Shown here: piece by piece, positions 8,799 through 18,470 of the stretch
Layout: the number at the start of each line of letters is the position of its first letter
Numbering within the stretch: the first letter of the stretch is position 1
Origin: an uncultured Alphaproteobacteria bacterium
GTDB taxonomy: Bacteria > Pseudomonadota > Alphaproteobacteria > Rs-D84
Reading direction: 5' to 3'
Assembly (NCBI GenBank): GCA_964017835.1
Contig: CAXHMP010000004.1
Location: 1-38,448, forward strand
DNA: 38,448 nucleotides
The notes under the pieces: model-generated
The model's database searches: none
The model's input: the letters and a program-made list of their open reading frames with translations, nothing else
Told to the model about the DNA's origin: nothing
Made by a program: the position numbers and the translations under genes

Positions 8799-11030
8799 AT
8801 GAGTAAAGAAATTATCGAAAACATTGATTCACAACAGTTGGCCGACGCGTTGTCGGAACGTTATCTGTCTTACGCGGTCAGCACCATTGTATCGCGTGCG
8901 TTGCCCGATGTACGCGACGGGCTAAAGCCGGTGCATCGCCGTATCCTGTATTCCATGTTGCGCCAGAAATTGTCCCCGGCGGCCGCGTTTCGCAAATGCG
9001 CCACAGTCGTTGGTGACGTGTTGGGGCATTATCACCCCCATGGTGACAGTTCGGTCTATGACGCGATGGTGAGACTTGCCCAGGATTTTTCCGTGCGCTA
9101 TCCGTTGATTGACGGCCAGGGGAACTTTGGAAACATAGACGGTGACCCCCAGGCGGCATATCGTTATACCGAATCCAAAATGACCGATGCCGCCATGTTG
9201 ATTATGGAGGGATTGGACGAAGACAGTGTCGATATGATGCCGAACTTTGACGGCACCACGGTTGAACCCATGGTTATGCCGGGGGCGTTCCCGAATCTGT
9301 TGGCCAATGGGGGAATGGGTATCGCCGTGGGGATGGCAACGAATATTCCGACGCACAATGTGGCGGAAATTTGCGATGCGCTGAATCTGATTATCGACCG
9401 GCCGGATGCCACAACCGCCCAGATTATGAAAAAGTTAATTGGGCCGGATTTCCCGACGGGCGGTATTTTAATCGACAGTTTTGATACAATTGTTAAAAAT
9501 TACGAAACCGGACGCGGCGCGTTTCGTGTGCGGGCAAAATGGGAAGTCGAAGACCTGGACCGCGGCGCGCAACAGGCGGTCATTACTGAAATTCCCTATG
9601 GCATCGTCAAATCCAAACTGGTGGAACAAATCGCCGGGTTGATTGATGCAAAAAAATTGCCGCTGGTGGATGACATTATTGATGAATCCACGACCGATGT
9701 GCGTATTGTCATCACACCCAAAAGCCGTAATGTCCCCATGGATAAAATGATGGCGCATTTGTTCGCCATGACGGATTTGGAATCGCGGTTCAATATGAAC
9801 ATGAACGTGATTGATTCCAATGGGGCGCCCCGGGTCATGGGGATTGGCGATGTACTGCGCGAATTTGTCGCGCACCAGAAAAACGTCTTGCTGCGGCGGA
9901 CGAATTGGCGGCTGGGCAATATTGCGCGGCGGTTGGAAATTTTGGACGGGTTGCTGATTGTGTATCTGAATCTGGACCGCGTGATTGAAATTATCCGCAA
10001 CGAGGATGATGCCAAGGCTGCACTGGTTGCCGAATTCAAACTGACCGATGTCCAGGTCGAAGCGATTTTGAACACACGCCTGCGCAGTTTGCGCAAGTTA
10101 GAGGAAATGGAAATTCGACGCGAAGATGCCGAATTGCGTGCCGAACAGAAACAGTTAACGGATTTGTTAAACAGCGAGGCCATGCAAAACGACCAATTGC
10201 GTGCGTGGTTTGCTGATATTAAAAAGCGGTACGATAAAAAAACAAATCTGGGGCGGCGTCGCACTGCCTGGGCCGAAGATACCCAAGAAATTGTCGTCAA
10301 CGCGGACGAATTTATTGAAAAAGAACCCTTGACGGTAATCTTGTCCACGATGGGATGGGTTCGCGCGGCCAAGGGACACCTGGATTTGAACAGTTTGGAT
10401 TTAAAGTTCAAAGAAGGCGATGAATTGCAATCTGCGTTCCATGCCATGTCGACTGATAAAATCAACCTGTTTACGTCGGGCGGAAAAATGTTCACGTTGG
10501 GGGCAAACGATTTGCCGTCGGCGCGCGGATTTGGTGAATCGGTGCGTATGATGGCCGATATCGGGGCGGACGAAAATATTGTGCGTGCGTTCGTGCTGGA
10601 TACGGGGGCAAAGTATCTGTTGGTGGGACGGCACGGAAACGGATTTATCGTGTCCGGTGAAAATTGCGTCGCCCAGACCCGAAACGGTAAACAGGTTATG
10701 AATGTCGATGCCGCCAACCCCGCATTGATGTGCGTGCCGGTGACCGGTGACACGGTGGCGATGTCCGGGTCGAATGATAAACTGTTGATATTCGCAACCG
10801 CGGAAATTCCGGAAATGACCCGGGGCAAGGGTGTCATTTTACAAAAATACAATGCCGACCGGACATACGTGTTGGATGTCATGTTCTTTGACGCGGCGGA
10901 CGGATTCGGATGGACCACGGGGCGCGGCACAACCAAATTGGATGACTGGGCGCCATGGCGGGGCAAGCGTGCATCCCAGGGCCGCACCATCCCGGTCGGT
11001 TTCCCACGCAGTGGAAAATTTGGCAAATAA
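8799..11030 (+). CDS. parC: DNA topoisomerase IV subunit A
   Basis: [26 protein letters not shown] and QAAYRYTE (the family's active-site Tyr motif) match GyrA/ParC. A length of about 743 aa without a long GyrA-type tail favours ParC. Start is at MSKEI. Confidence 0.88.
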   Translation: MSKEIIENIDSQQLADALSERYLSYAVSTIVSRALPDVRDGLKPVHRRILYSMLRQKLSPAAAFRKCATVVGDVLGHYHPHGDSSVYDAMVRLAQDFSVRYPLIDGQGNFGNIDGDPQAAYRYTESKMTDAAMLIMEGLDEDSVDMMPNFDGTTVEPMVMPGAFPNLLANGGMGIAVGMATNIPTHNVAEICDALNLIIDRPDATTAQIMKKLIGPDFPTGGILIDSFDTIVKNYETGRGAFRVRAKWEVEDLDRGAQQAVITEIPYGIVKSKLVEQIAGLIDAKKLPLVDDIIDESTTDVRIVITPKSRNVPMDKMMAHLFAMTDLESRFNMNMNVIDSNGAPRVMGIGDVLREFVAHQKNVLLRRTNWRLGNIARRLEILDGLLIVYLNLDRVIEIIRNEDDAKAALVAEFKLTDVQVEAILNTRLRSLRKLEEMEIRREDAELRAEQKQLTDLLNSEAMQNDQLRAWFADIKKRYDKKTNLGRRRTAWAEDTQEIVVNADEFIEKEPLTVILSTMGWVRAAKGHLDLNSLDLKFKEGDELQSAFHAMSTDKINLFTSGGKMFTLGANDLPSARGFGESVRMMADIGADENIVRAFVLDTGAKYLLVGRHGNGFIVSGENCVAQTRNGKQVMNVDAANPALMCVPVTGDTVAMSGSNDKLLIFATAEIPEMTRGKGVILQKYNADRTYVLDVMFFDAADGFGWTTGRGTTKLDDWAPWRGKRASQGRTIPVGFPRSGKFGK

Positions 11031-11035
11031 TAAAT

Positions 11036-11057
11036 CCGCCCAATCGGGCGGTTTTTT
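11036..11057 (+). terminator. Intrinsic terminator of parC
   Basis: CCGCCC-AATC-GGGCGG is followed by TTTTTT. Confidence 0.75.
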
Positions 11058-11067
11058 CTTAACCTCT

Positions 11068-11591
11068 TTAACCCAGCAGGCGGACAGTAGTGGGGATGCG
11101 GCCAGTGCAGCGACGTTGTGTTTACAGTTACCCTTGGTATTAGAGGGTGTAGGCGGGATAGAGAACTATAGCGGGGGCCGCCGAACATCATATGATCCGT
11201 ATTCAGTTGCGCGTGTAATAGGTTGGAGTGCATCGAATGACGATTTGACAAGTCTGATGGACAAGCGTACCGAGATAAAAAAGGATGATATGTTAACGCG
11301 CACAGTATGGGCGGCATGGTCAGCAGAAGATAGAATTTGTCATGTATATGGAATAGATAAATATTGCGGCAAGGATTCCGAAGTCGCAAAACGGATGAAG
11401 GTTGATAGGGAATATAATAACGCCAGAAAAGAAGCAATACGTACAAATTCCCTGGTTGGACGATTGGTGGGTGGGCCGATTGGTTCTGCAATCGGGGCGC
11501 TGCAATTGGCGCGCTGGTCGGTGCCTTGCGCAAGCCAGAAGATTCCTATGTTTGCCGTCAAGAGGAATGGAAGAACGAAGTACCGATGTGA
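11068..11591 (+). pseudogene. Promoterless, start-less, frameshifted inverted copy of the 3' end of the Cys-rich gene at 12333-14924
   Basis: It translates to LTQQADSSGDAASAATLCLQLPLVLEGVGG..RTVWAAWSAEDRICHVYGIDKYCGKDSEVAKRM. The parent has LTQQADSSGDASSAATLCLQMPLVIEGVGG..DKICHVYGIDKYCGKDSEVAKRM. Positions 11068-11422 are about 90% identical at DNA level to the reverse complement of 12986-12632. The tail (GAAIGALVGALRKPEDSYVCRQEEWKNEVPM*) continues in another frame and lacks most of the Gly/Ala-rich anchor. Confidence 0.7.
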
Positions 11592-11636
11592 TACAGCAAC
11601 GTGAAAATCCGTTTTAATTATGATATAATTTCATTT

Positions 11637-11945
11637 ATGAAAAAATATCAATTTTATGTTTATATTATGTTTAATAAACGTAACGGAACCTTGTATATCG
11701 GCGTTACAAACGATATCGTTCGACGGGTTTATGAGCATAAAAATAAAATCATCCCAAATTCTTTTACCGCGCAACATAATTGCAGTAAATTGGCATGGTT
11801 CACAGATTTTCAATATGTAAATGATGCATTGGAATATGAAAAAAAATTGAAAGCCAGTAATCGCGCGCGAAAAATTTCTTTGATTGAATCTATCAATCCA
11901 GAATGGTTGGATTTGTCTCAAGAAAATATGTTTTGGGTTAGATAA
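11637..11945 (+). CDS. GIY-YIG nuclease family protein (UPF0213-like)
   Basis: YVYIMFNKRNGTLYIGVTNDIVRRVYEHK is the GIY-YIG motif block. EYEKKLKASNRARKISLIESINPEWLDL is the typical C-terminal part. Start is at MKKYQF; the ORF opens at GTG 11601. Confidence 0.85.
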   Translation: MKKYQFYVYIMFNKRNGTLYIGVTNDIVRRVYEHKNKIIPNSFTAQHNCSKLAWFTDFQYVNDALEYEKKLKASNRARKISLIESINPEWLDLSQENMFWVR

Positions 11946-11988
11946 AAAACTATTATATTATTAAATAAGGAGTTTATACATTATATTA

Positions 11989-12141
11989 ACTGGATTGCCA
12001 CGGGTGCCGGCCCCGCTTTGCTCTGCCGTCACCCTCGCAATGACAACAGTGCTTTATTTCCTGGAATATTAAGCCTCTGTGTCATCGCACACCAGGTCGT
12101 CCATCACCAGTGTGATGGCGACCGCAGCGTGGCAATCCAGT
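11989..12141. repeat. Imperfect 153-bp palindromic element made of two inverted TGGATTGCCACG...GC(A/G)ATGAC units
   Basis: The 14-bp termini ACTGGATTGCCACG (11989-12002) and CGTGGCAATCCAGT (12128-12141) are perfect inverted repeats. An inner hairpin is CCATCAC-CAGT-GTGATGG. A third degenerate unit ending GTGCAATGACAAC sits at about 12175-12232. Confidence 0.6.
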
Positions 12142-12255
12142 GAATAAAAAAGGATACATCATATTTAATATTAATTGTATTGCATTGCCTGCCTGTACGG
12201 TTGTAATAAACGGTATTGTGTGCAATGACAACATAAATTGAGAACCAAAAAATTC

Positions 12256-12296
12256 AAAAAAAGGGCGAGTGGGTCGCCGATGGAACCCGCCCGCCC
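12256..12296 (-). terminator. Intrinsic terminator of the Cys-rich protein gene
   Basis: A GC-rich minus-strand hairpin (GGGCGGGCGGGT...ACCCACTCGCCC) is followed by U7. Confidence 0.7.
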
Positions 12297-12332
12297 ATCC
12301 CGACTGTATATGGTCTCAGCCGGGAACGTAGT

Positions 12333-14924
12333 CTAGCCCTGGTTATCACCCATTTGTGTTTCGGTATGCCATTCGCGTTCACGACAAACATACGGGTCTT
12401 TCTTTTTTGTAAATATTGCCGCCAATGCCGAACCAATAACAAGAGCGCCAGCCGCGGCCCAGCCTGCAACAGGGATTGCCGATAGAAATGGTGCGGCGGC
12501 TAATGCGGCATACCCAGCACCCCAGGCGGCCCCCGTTGATGCTAGTACAGCGGTACCAATCGCGCCTGTTGTGACTGCGGCGCCAATTCCCGCCCCGACC
12601 GCGGCATTAGTTGCGAAATTTTTTCGATAGTTATCATCATATTCTTTATCAACTTGCATCCGTTTGGCGACTTCGGAATCCTTGCCGCAATATTTATCTA
12701 TCCCATACACGTGACAGATTTTATCTTCTGCTGACCAGGCCGCCCATACTGTGCGCGTTAACATATCATCCTTTTTTATCTCGGTACGCTTGTCCATCAA
12801 ACTCGTCAATTCATCATTCGATGCACTCCACCCTATGACACGCGCAACTGAATACGGATCATATGATGTTCGGCGGCCCCCACTATAGTTCTCTACCCCG
12901 CCTACACCCTCTATCACCAACGGCATCTGAAGGCACAACGTCGCCGCGCTGGACGCGTCCCCACTACTGTCCGCCTGCTGGGTTAATTCTGTTAAGCGAC
13001 CATTATAGTGGCGTTGCGCACGTAACAATCCGCTTTGGGTAATCACCAGACGATACGGATTCATGACCGTCGGATAACGCGCGTCGGTTTGTTCGTCGCG
13101 GCCGGTAATCTGGCTAAGGTCACGACCGCGGGTACACATCTGTAATTGCGGGTCGGACGTGTAAATGTTCAACACCGCGTCAATGGATGCCTGGATGGTT
13201 TCCAGTTCATCACGCACGCGGTCGATGATGCCCGAAACGTTGCCATACTTGGTATCATTCGGGGCCTGGCGCACGCGGTCGATATATCCGTCAATATCAA
13301 TTTTTCCCGCCTGGGGGTATTTGGCGTCACAGTCTTCGTTGCCGGCCTGCATACATTTGGCCCATTCTTCGCCGCCGCTGATTTTCAACAGGTCAAAATT
13401 AATCAAGCCCGATATGATATGTTGATTTCCGACTTTTTGATAGGCCAATGAATTCGCACCGACATATTCCTGGGTATCATAAGCGGCACAGGTTTGCGTA
13501 TCGCCGCAGATTTCAATCATGTAATCGCGCGCGCGGTTCAGGCAAAAATCCCGTTGTTCATTATCAATGTTCATATACACCGACATGGTAATGTCATCCA
13601 AATCTTCGATTGAAAAATTCGGATTTCCCTGGCGGCAGACGACCAATTTTTCCAGCGGACACATTTTGTGTAATGCGTCCAAATCCAGACCCAAACAGGC
13701 CCCAAAGTCCGCCCCGCACGCGTTGTCCGCGGTTAGGCAATTGTGAACTTCGGATGTGCAGGCATCGGGAAACATCCCCGCCAATTTACGGCGCGCTTCG
13801 TCCCAAATATTGGGAACAACGCTTTCACAGCGTTCGATTTCGATTTTACAAAAACTGCGTGCCATGTCCGGATACGCCAGGCATGAATCCATTGTCGCCG
13901 TGCCGGTTCCGGCGATGTCATCGCGACAGGCACGGACAATGCACTGGGTAACACTGTCCCAGCAGCCGGTGCGGAAATCTGATTCATGGTGTGTTTGTGC
14001 AACGGTCAGTTCGTTTTTAATACTGGCCAAAAAGGCGGGATAAACCTGGTCCCGGACATCAGTACAACTGTCCAGAACCGATGCGCACATGTCGGATTTG
14101 CGCGCCATGATTTCATCTGTCGTTTCCGATGCCGTCGGCATACATTCACCCCAATCCGCCCCGCAGACACCGTCGGATACAAAGCATTCATGATAGGCGA
14201 TGATACATTGGCCCAAATCATATTTGTTTGCCGCGCGATAGGCATCCAGGGCCGCCCCTTCTATTTCAGAACGTGCCGCCGTTCGTGCGTTGGCCAATTC
14301 TGTGCGCCGGGCCTTGATACTGTTTTGATAGGCCAAGCAATCGGATTTTATCGTTTGATTGTACAGCAGCGTCAGCATGTCCATATTGGCGTCACATTTG
14401 GCATCCAGACGGTCGCGGCACAATTCATAGGCCGCGTTTAATTTACGCCGGCCCGTCAAATCGCCAATTAATATTTCATCATCCCCGTCGTCGTCAGATG
14501 TTGTTGGTGTGTTAAAGACATCCAATGACACGCGGGATTTTTTTTGTAATGGTTCAGATTTCTGGGACGCCAATTTTTCAACGGCTGGCGTGGTTTCAAT
14601 TGCATTGATGGTGGCCATGGTGCGGGATTCTAAACGCTGAATCTGGTCATCAATTTCACGCCATTGGGTATCGTATTTTTCGCCGTCGTCCGAACAGGTA
14701 CAGCGCCCGCCGTTGGCATTGTCCATTAAACAAAAGGTGTCCAAGCATCCAAAAAGTTGTTCCTGGCAGTCCGAAGGGACAGTGGATTGCGTGCTTTTTT
14801 TTGCGATGGTTGTTCCCGCATTGATAGCCGAAACGGTGTTTTTGGTCGCGGCCGCCGCCCAAGCAACGTCTTGGACAAATATGATGCCAATCAAAAGGCG
14901 TGCAACAATGCGCAGCAAAGACAT
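12333..14924 (-). CDS. Large secreted Cys-rich protein with a C-terminal Gly/Ala-rich membrane anchor; family unknown
   Basis: The signal peptide is MSLLRIVARLLIGIIFVQDVAWAAAA. I counted about three dozen Cys, including the twice-repeated motif CGADWGEC / CGADFGAC. The C-terminal segment GAGIGAAVTTGAIGTAVLASTGAAWGAGYAALAAAPFLSAIPVAGWAAAGALVIGSALAAIF is glycine-zipper-like and hydrophobic. Confidence 0.75.
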   Translation of the reverse strand: MSLLRIVARLLIGIIFVQDVAWAAAATKNTVSAINAGTTIAKKSTQSTVPSDCQEQLFGCLDTFCLMDNANGGRCTCSDDGEKYDTQWREIDDQIQRLESRTMATINAIETTPAVEKLASQKSEPLQKKSRVSLDVFNTPTTSDDDGDDEILIGDLTGRRKLNAAYELCRDRLDAKCDANMDMLTLLYNQTIKSDCLAYQNSIKARRTELANARTAARSEIEGAALDAYRAANKYDLGQCIIAYHECFVSDGVCGADWGECMPTASETTDEIMARKSDMCASVLDSCTDVRDQVYPAFLASIKNELTVAQTHHESDFRTGCWDSVTQCIVRACRDDIAGTGTATMDSCLAYPDMARSFCKIEIERCESVVPNIWDEARRKLAGMFPDACTSEVHNCLTADNACGADFGACLGLDLDALHKMCPLEKLVVCRQGNPNFSIEDLDDITMSVYMNIDNEQRDFCLNRARDYMIEICGDTQTCAAYDTQEYVGANSLAYQKVGNQHIISGLINFDLLKISGGEEWAKCMQAGNEDCDAKYPQAGKIDIDGYIDRVRQAPNDTKYGNVSGIIDRVRDELETIQASIDAVLNIYTSDPQLQMCTRGRDLSQITGRDEQTDARYPTVMNPYRLVITQSGLLRAQRHYNGRLTELTQQADSSGDASSAATLCLQMPLVIEGVGGVENYSGGRRTSYDPYSVARVIGWSASNDELTSLMDKRTEIKKDDMLTRTVWAAWSAEDKICHVYGIDKYCGKDSEVAKRMQVDKEYDDNYRKNFATNAAVGAGIGAAVTTGAIGTAVLASTGAAWGAGYAALAAAPFLSAIPVAGWAAAGALVIGSALAAIFTKKKDPYVCREREWHTETQMGDNQG

Positions 14925-14990
14925 TCTTTTCCCCCCGAAATGAATTCGTTACGTGCATGATGGCGCAAATGGTCATATAAATCAACAGAT

Positions 14991-15017
14991 AAAAATGCCC
15001 CCGATTGGTCGGGGGCA
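14991..15017 (-). terminator. Intrinsic terminator of the oleate hydratase gene
   Basis: Minus strand TGCCCCC-loop-GGGGGCA is followed by UUUUU. Confidence 0.7.
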
Positions 15018-15023
15018 ATGACA

Positions 15024-16796
15024 TCACACCAGATGCGCGTCGTGCAGTAATTGCGCCAGATAGGTGTCACTGATTTTGCGCAGGCCGTATTTGCCCAATG
15101 TTTCAACCAGCCACGGGAATTTCATTTCTGACAACTTCTTTTTATCCGTCAGGAAATACAGGCTCCGCAGCAAAACGCGTACGTCAAAGCACGAGCCGAA
15201 TACTTCGGGAACGCCGCGGTTGATGTTCAGCAGGGTATAGACGGCCTCCATCGCGGTGCGTACGGAATATTCGGTGGTGAACACCGTGTCGCGCACCGTT
15301 TCGGCATAGTTACCGATAAACGCCAGGTTGACCGAACCGTTTGGCACAACCAACGGCCGGTCGCCCAATGCACGCGGCATAAAGTATGTCGTGATAAACG
15401 GCATATGGCACGGCACGGTATTGGCGTGCGTGGTTGCGATTTCCATAATCTGGGATTCGGGAACGCCGATATGATACAGCCATTCGGCGCACAGTTCCGC
15501 GCCGGTGCATTCGGTAATTTTCTTGTTAATATAATTGCCGGGTTTGTCCGAAAACAGACCGTATGTCCAGACAATTAACTGATTCTTTTTCTGTTTCTTG
15601 AAATGTGGTTGGCGCGAAATGCTGAACCCGTAAAGCCAATTGGAATCCTTGATCGTGACGGGACCGCTGCTGACTATCGAACCGCTGTGCGGGTCTTTTT
15701 TGCAGATTTTTTCAATGTACGGGACCACGCTGTCGTCCAGCAGAGTTATCGTTGCCGACATAACCCAATTGGCCGCCGGGATGCGTTCGCAGAACTTTTC
15801 CGGGTGACCAAATTCCGGTGATTGGGCCGCGATTTTCTTCCACAGTTCCCATGACCCGCCCAGGCCAGTTGGTGTCGGCGCCGGGGTGTCGTTGGTACCG
15901 TATGTGCTGTTTTCCGTAATGGACCCGTTGGTTACAAAAACAAGGTCGTTTTCGGTCAGGTTAATCGTTTTTTTCCGGCCGCCGGTGATGGTTTCGATTT
16001 TTTTGGCGACTTTGCGTTTGGCGGCGCGGTCGATGACAATATTTGTCACCTGGGTATCATAATGAAATTGGACACCGCGTTCGGTCAGGTACCGCACCAA
16101 GGGCATAATCAGCGATTCATACTGATTATATTTTGTGAATTTCAATGCCGACATATCCGCCAATGTTCCCACGTGGTGGATAAAGCGCAGGATATAGCGC
16201 CGCATTTCCATTGCCGATGACCATGGTTCGAACGCAAACATTGTCGCCCAGTACAGCCAGAAATTCGATTCAAAGAATTCGTCGGTGAAAACCTGGTCTA
16301 TGGTTTTGTCCTGCAGGTCTTCTTCGCGCATCATCGCCAGGTTAATCAATTCCCGAATGGCGGTCGGCGTCAGGGTTAATTTACCGTCGGTCGGCAAACG
16401 TTTGCCCCGTTTTTCAATCACGCGGCAGTGCGAGAAAGACGGGTCGTCCTGGTTCAGCCAATAGAATTCGTCCAGGACCGAAATGTCGGGGTTTTCCAAT
16501 GACGGAATCGACCGAAACAGGTCCCACAGGGTTTCAAAGTGGGCCTCCATCTCGCGGCCGCCACGGATGATAAAGCCGCGTTGCGGGTTCCAGATGCCGT
16601 CCATGCTGCCGCCGGGGACGGACAGTTCTTCGAAAATATGAATCTTGTTTCCTTTCATGCCGCCGTCGCGAATCATAAAGACCGCGGCCGCCAACGACGC
16701 CAGGCCAGACCCCACCAAATACGCCGACTTTTTCACGGCGTCTTTGTTGGGGCGCGGCCGGGCAAATGCCTCGTAATTTCCACTGCTGTAATACAT
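15024..16796 (-). CDS. ohyA: Oleate hydratase (MCRA family, FAD-dependent)
   Basis: [15 protein letters not shown]...[21 protein letters not shown]...IHIFEE..PGGSMDG is the characteristic N-terminal FAD-binding region of MCRA/oleate hydratases. Length is 590 aa after trimming to the Met preceded by AAGGAG. Confidence 0.9.
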   Translation of the reverse strand: MYYSSGNYEAFARPRPNKDAVKKSAYLVGSGLASLAAAVFMIRDGGMKGNKIHIFEELSVPGGSMDGIWNPQRGFIIRGGREMEAHFETLWDLFRSIPSLENPDISVLDEFYWLNQDDPSFSHCRVIEKRGKRLPTDGKLTLTPTAIRELINLAMMREEDLQDKTIDQVFTDEFFESNFWLYWATMFAFEPWSSAMEMRRYILRFIHHVGTLADMSALKFTKYNQYESLIMPLVRYLTERGVQFHYDTQVTNIVIDRAAKRKVAKKIETITGGRKKTINLTENDLVFVTNGSITENSTYGTNDTPAPTPTGLGGSWELWKKIAAQSPEFGHPEKFCERIPAANWVMSATITLLDDSVVPYIEKICKKDPHSGSIVSSGPVTIKDSNWLYGFSISRQPHFKKQKKNQLIVWTYGLFSDKPGNYINKKITECTGAELCAEWLYHIGVPESQIMEIATTHANTVPCHMPFITTYFMPRALGDRPLVVPNGSVNLAFIGNYAETVRDTVFTTEYSVRTAMEAVYTLLNINRGVPEVFGSCFDVRVLLRSLYFLTDKKKLSEMKFPWLVETLGKYGLRKISDTYLAQLLHDAHLV

Positions 16797-16917
16797 GTTC
16801 AACTCCTTTGGTTTATATCGATAAAACGATAATTCATTAGAGTAAGAGAATGTACAGGAGTGATTTCCCCGTTGCCGATGGTTGACATCGTATTGGCCAT
16901 GCTTTATAATTTCAAAT

Positions 16918-17037
16918 ATGAAGAAATTATTTTTGGGATTTTTATTGATGGCGGTGTTGGGCGTTGCGGCGTGCGGCGTCAAATCTGATTTAAGCCGGCC
17001 CGACGGCGCATTCCCCCGCAATTATCCAATTTATTGA
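16918..17037 (+). CDS. Small lipoprotein ORF (39 aa, LptM/YifL-like pattern); not in the ORF track
   Basis: [39 protein letters not shown] has a signal peptide, a lipobox AAC and the CG.K..L..P pattern. Its last 48 nt overlap the convergent gene 16990-18021. Confidence 0.4.
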   Translation: MKKLFLGFLLMAVLGVAACGVKSDLSRPDGAFPRNYPIY

Positions 17038-18021
17038 TTTTAATTTTATGTCGTATTTGTCCCGTGACACGGCCGTGTATATGGCGGTATAACCGCGGAC
17101 GTACGATACTTCGAACAAATCTGCGACGTCGAATTTCATCATGGCCTGGAATACGGCCTGTTCGGTGGAAACCAGACCGTGTTTTTTCATAACCCGCCGC
17201 GTGCGTTCGAATTCGGCATAGAATTCATGTACGCGGTCGCGCGGCGCCATAAAGCAGGCGGCCGGAACATCATAGTCTGCATTTATCATTGCAATGTCGG
17301 TCAAATTCTGGCGAATTATGGATTGCGGGGTGACGTCACGAATAGGGCCGCGTGCCTTGCGATAAAGGCTGTAAATAAACTTTGGCACAAAATGCGGGTG
17401 TGATTTGCCCAGTGTCGGTGCCACCGTTATCCGCACGCCGTGCGGGCGGGCCGCAATGCGCCTGGGCCAGTTTAACCAGCAATTGTTATAAGTCGGCGCC
17501 ATTGCCCCCGCATCCAGCCACATGAAATAATCGGATTTAAATTTATTATTTTCAGCGGCCCAATTCATAACAGCGGGCTTGGCCATAATCAGGGTCATGT
17601 AATTCAACCACTGTTGGGGTGTTTTTTTATGTAACAAATACCCCACATTTTTCCGCATCGATTCCAAAATATTCTGCCATTGCGATTGTTCCGCATAGTG
17701 GGGCAGGTCGGAAAATTTCATCACGCGCATATTGATTTTGTCGGCCAAGCCCGCCGCGCGTAAAAAATCGGCCGTTTCCCGGTCGCACCACAGGGCAACC
17801 CGTACAAATGTCTGGATTAATTCACGCAATGACGCCAAATAAAAATCTTGGAATTTGCGGGATGAAAATTTGCCCAGCTTTTTTTGCCCCGGCACATTAA
17901 ACAATATTGTGCAGAATGTGATGTCAGTCCGTTTTTTGTCATACGCGATTTTTCCCGCGCAGGGACATTGCAAAGAATTTATGTTTGTATTTATTGCGTT
18001 TTTTTGTGTTTTGCGCGTCAT
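16990..18021 (-). CDS. Putative glycosyltransferase-like protein (WlaTC/HtrL-like, tentative)
   Basis: The 365-aa ORF is trimmed to MTRKTQ because its upstream part overlaps tRNA-Leu. The motif [10 protein letters not shown] resembles the (W/F)xDxG motif of HtrL/capsule-type transferases. The family assignment is weak. Confidence 0.45.
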   Translation of the reverse strand: MTRKTQKNAINTNINSLQCPCAGKIAYDKKRTDITFCTILFNVPGQKKLGKFSSRKFQDFYLASLRELIQTFVRVALWCDRETADFLRAAGLADKINMRVMKFSDLPHYAEQSQWQNILESMRKNVGYLLHKKTPQQWLNYMTLIMAKPAVMNWAAENNKFKSDYFMWLDAGAMAPTYNNCWLNWPRRIAARPHGVRITVAPTLGKSHPHFVPKFIYSLYRKARGPIRDVTPQSIIRQNLTDIAMINADYDVPAACFMAPRDRVHEFYAEFERTRRVMKKHGLVSTEQAVFQAMMKFDVADLFEVSYVRGYTAIYTAVSRDKYDIKLKSINWIIAGECAVGPA

Positions 18022-18045
18022 TGTTTCCCCAACCAAATATAATTT

Positions 18046-18130
18046 TGGTGGGCGTAAGGAGAATCGAACTCCTATGGGTTGCCCCACTGGAACCTAAATC
18101 CAGCGCGTCTGCCAGTTCCGCCATACGCCC
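18046..18130 (-). tRNA. tRNA-Leu (anticodon TAG)
   Basis: The reverse complement reads GGGCGTA..CTGGA-TTTAGGT-TCCAG, then a long variable arm TGGGGCAACCCATA, then AGGAGTTCGATTCTCCT..TACGCCC-A-CCA. This is a class II tRNA with encoded CCA. Confidence 0.93.
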
Positions 18131-18158
18131 ATTAAATTTATTCTATGATAAAAAAGAC

Positions 18159-18187
18159 TTGATTTCCAGTAAAATTTACCCTATTAT
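18159..18187 (+). promoter_or_regulatory. Sigma70-like promoter of rpmG
   Basis: TTGATT, a 17-nt spacer and TATTAT lie about 30 nt upstream of the rpmG start. Confidence 0.45.
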
Positions 18188-18217
18188 CTAGGGCAGAATA
18201 ATAAAAGGCAGATTAAA

Positions 18218-18397
18218 ATGGCATCTAAAAAAGGCAGCAAAGAAGTTGTAAAGCTGGAAAACAAAGAAACCGGCTACTTCTATACCACAACTAAAAATAC
18301 CAAGTCCGAAAATACCCAGGGCAAAATGAAATTTCGCAAGTATGACCCGAAACTGCGCAAGCATGTGACGTTCACCGAAGCGAAAATGCCTCACTAA
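18218..18397 (+). CDS. rpmG: 50S ribosomal protein L33 (59 aa; not in the ORF track)
   Basis: MASKKGSKEVVKLENKETGYFYTTTKNTKSENTQGKMKFRKYDPKLRKHVTFTEAKMPH contains the L33 signature G.FYTT.KN ... KYDP..RKHV.F.E.K. Confidence 0.9.
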   Translation: MASKKGSKEVVKLENKETGYFYTTTKNTKSENTQGKMKFRKYDPKLRKHVTFTEAKMPH

Positions 18398-18405
18398 ATA
18401 AAAAT

Positions 18406-18427
18406 CCCGCCGTTTGGCGGGTTTTTT
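18406..18427 (+). terminator. Intrinsic terminator of rpmG
   Basis: CCCGCC-GTTT-GGCGGG is followed by TTTTTT. Confidence 0.75.
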
Positions 18428-18470
18428 ATTAGGTATAAGTTATAAAATGTAAATTACAAGTGATTGTGTC

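Noticed and set aside
9596-11533. 645-aa minus-strand ORF, the longest unexplained ORF in the track
   Set aside because: It lies antisense to the unambiguous parC gene and continues across the parC terminator into the cassette. Its translation is Ser/Arg/Pro-rich without motifs. It is a typical shadow ORF of a GC-biased coding strand.
10831-11604. 257-aa plus-strand ORF spanning the parC 3' end, the terminator and the cassette
   Set aside because: Its first third is an out-of-frame reading of parC and it runs through an intrinsic terminator. Only the part from 11068 has meaning, as the silent copy of the Cys-rich gene 3' end.
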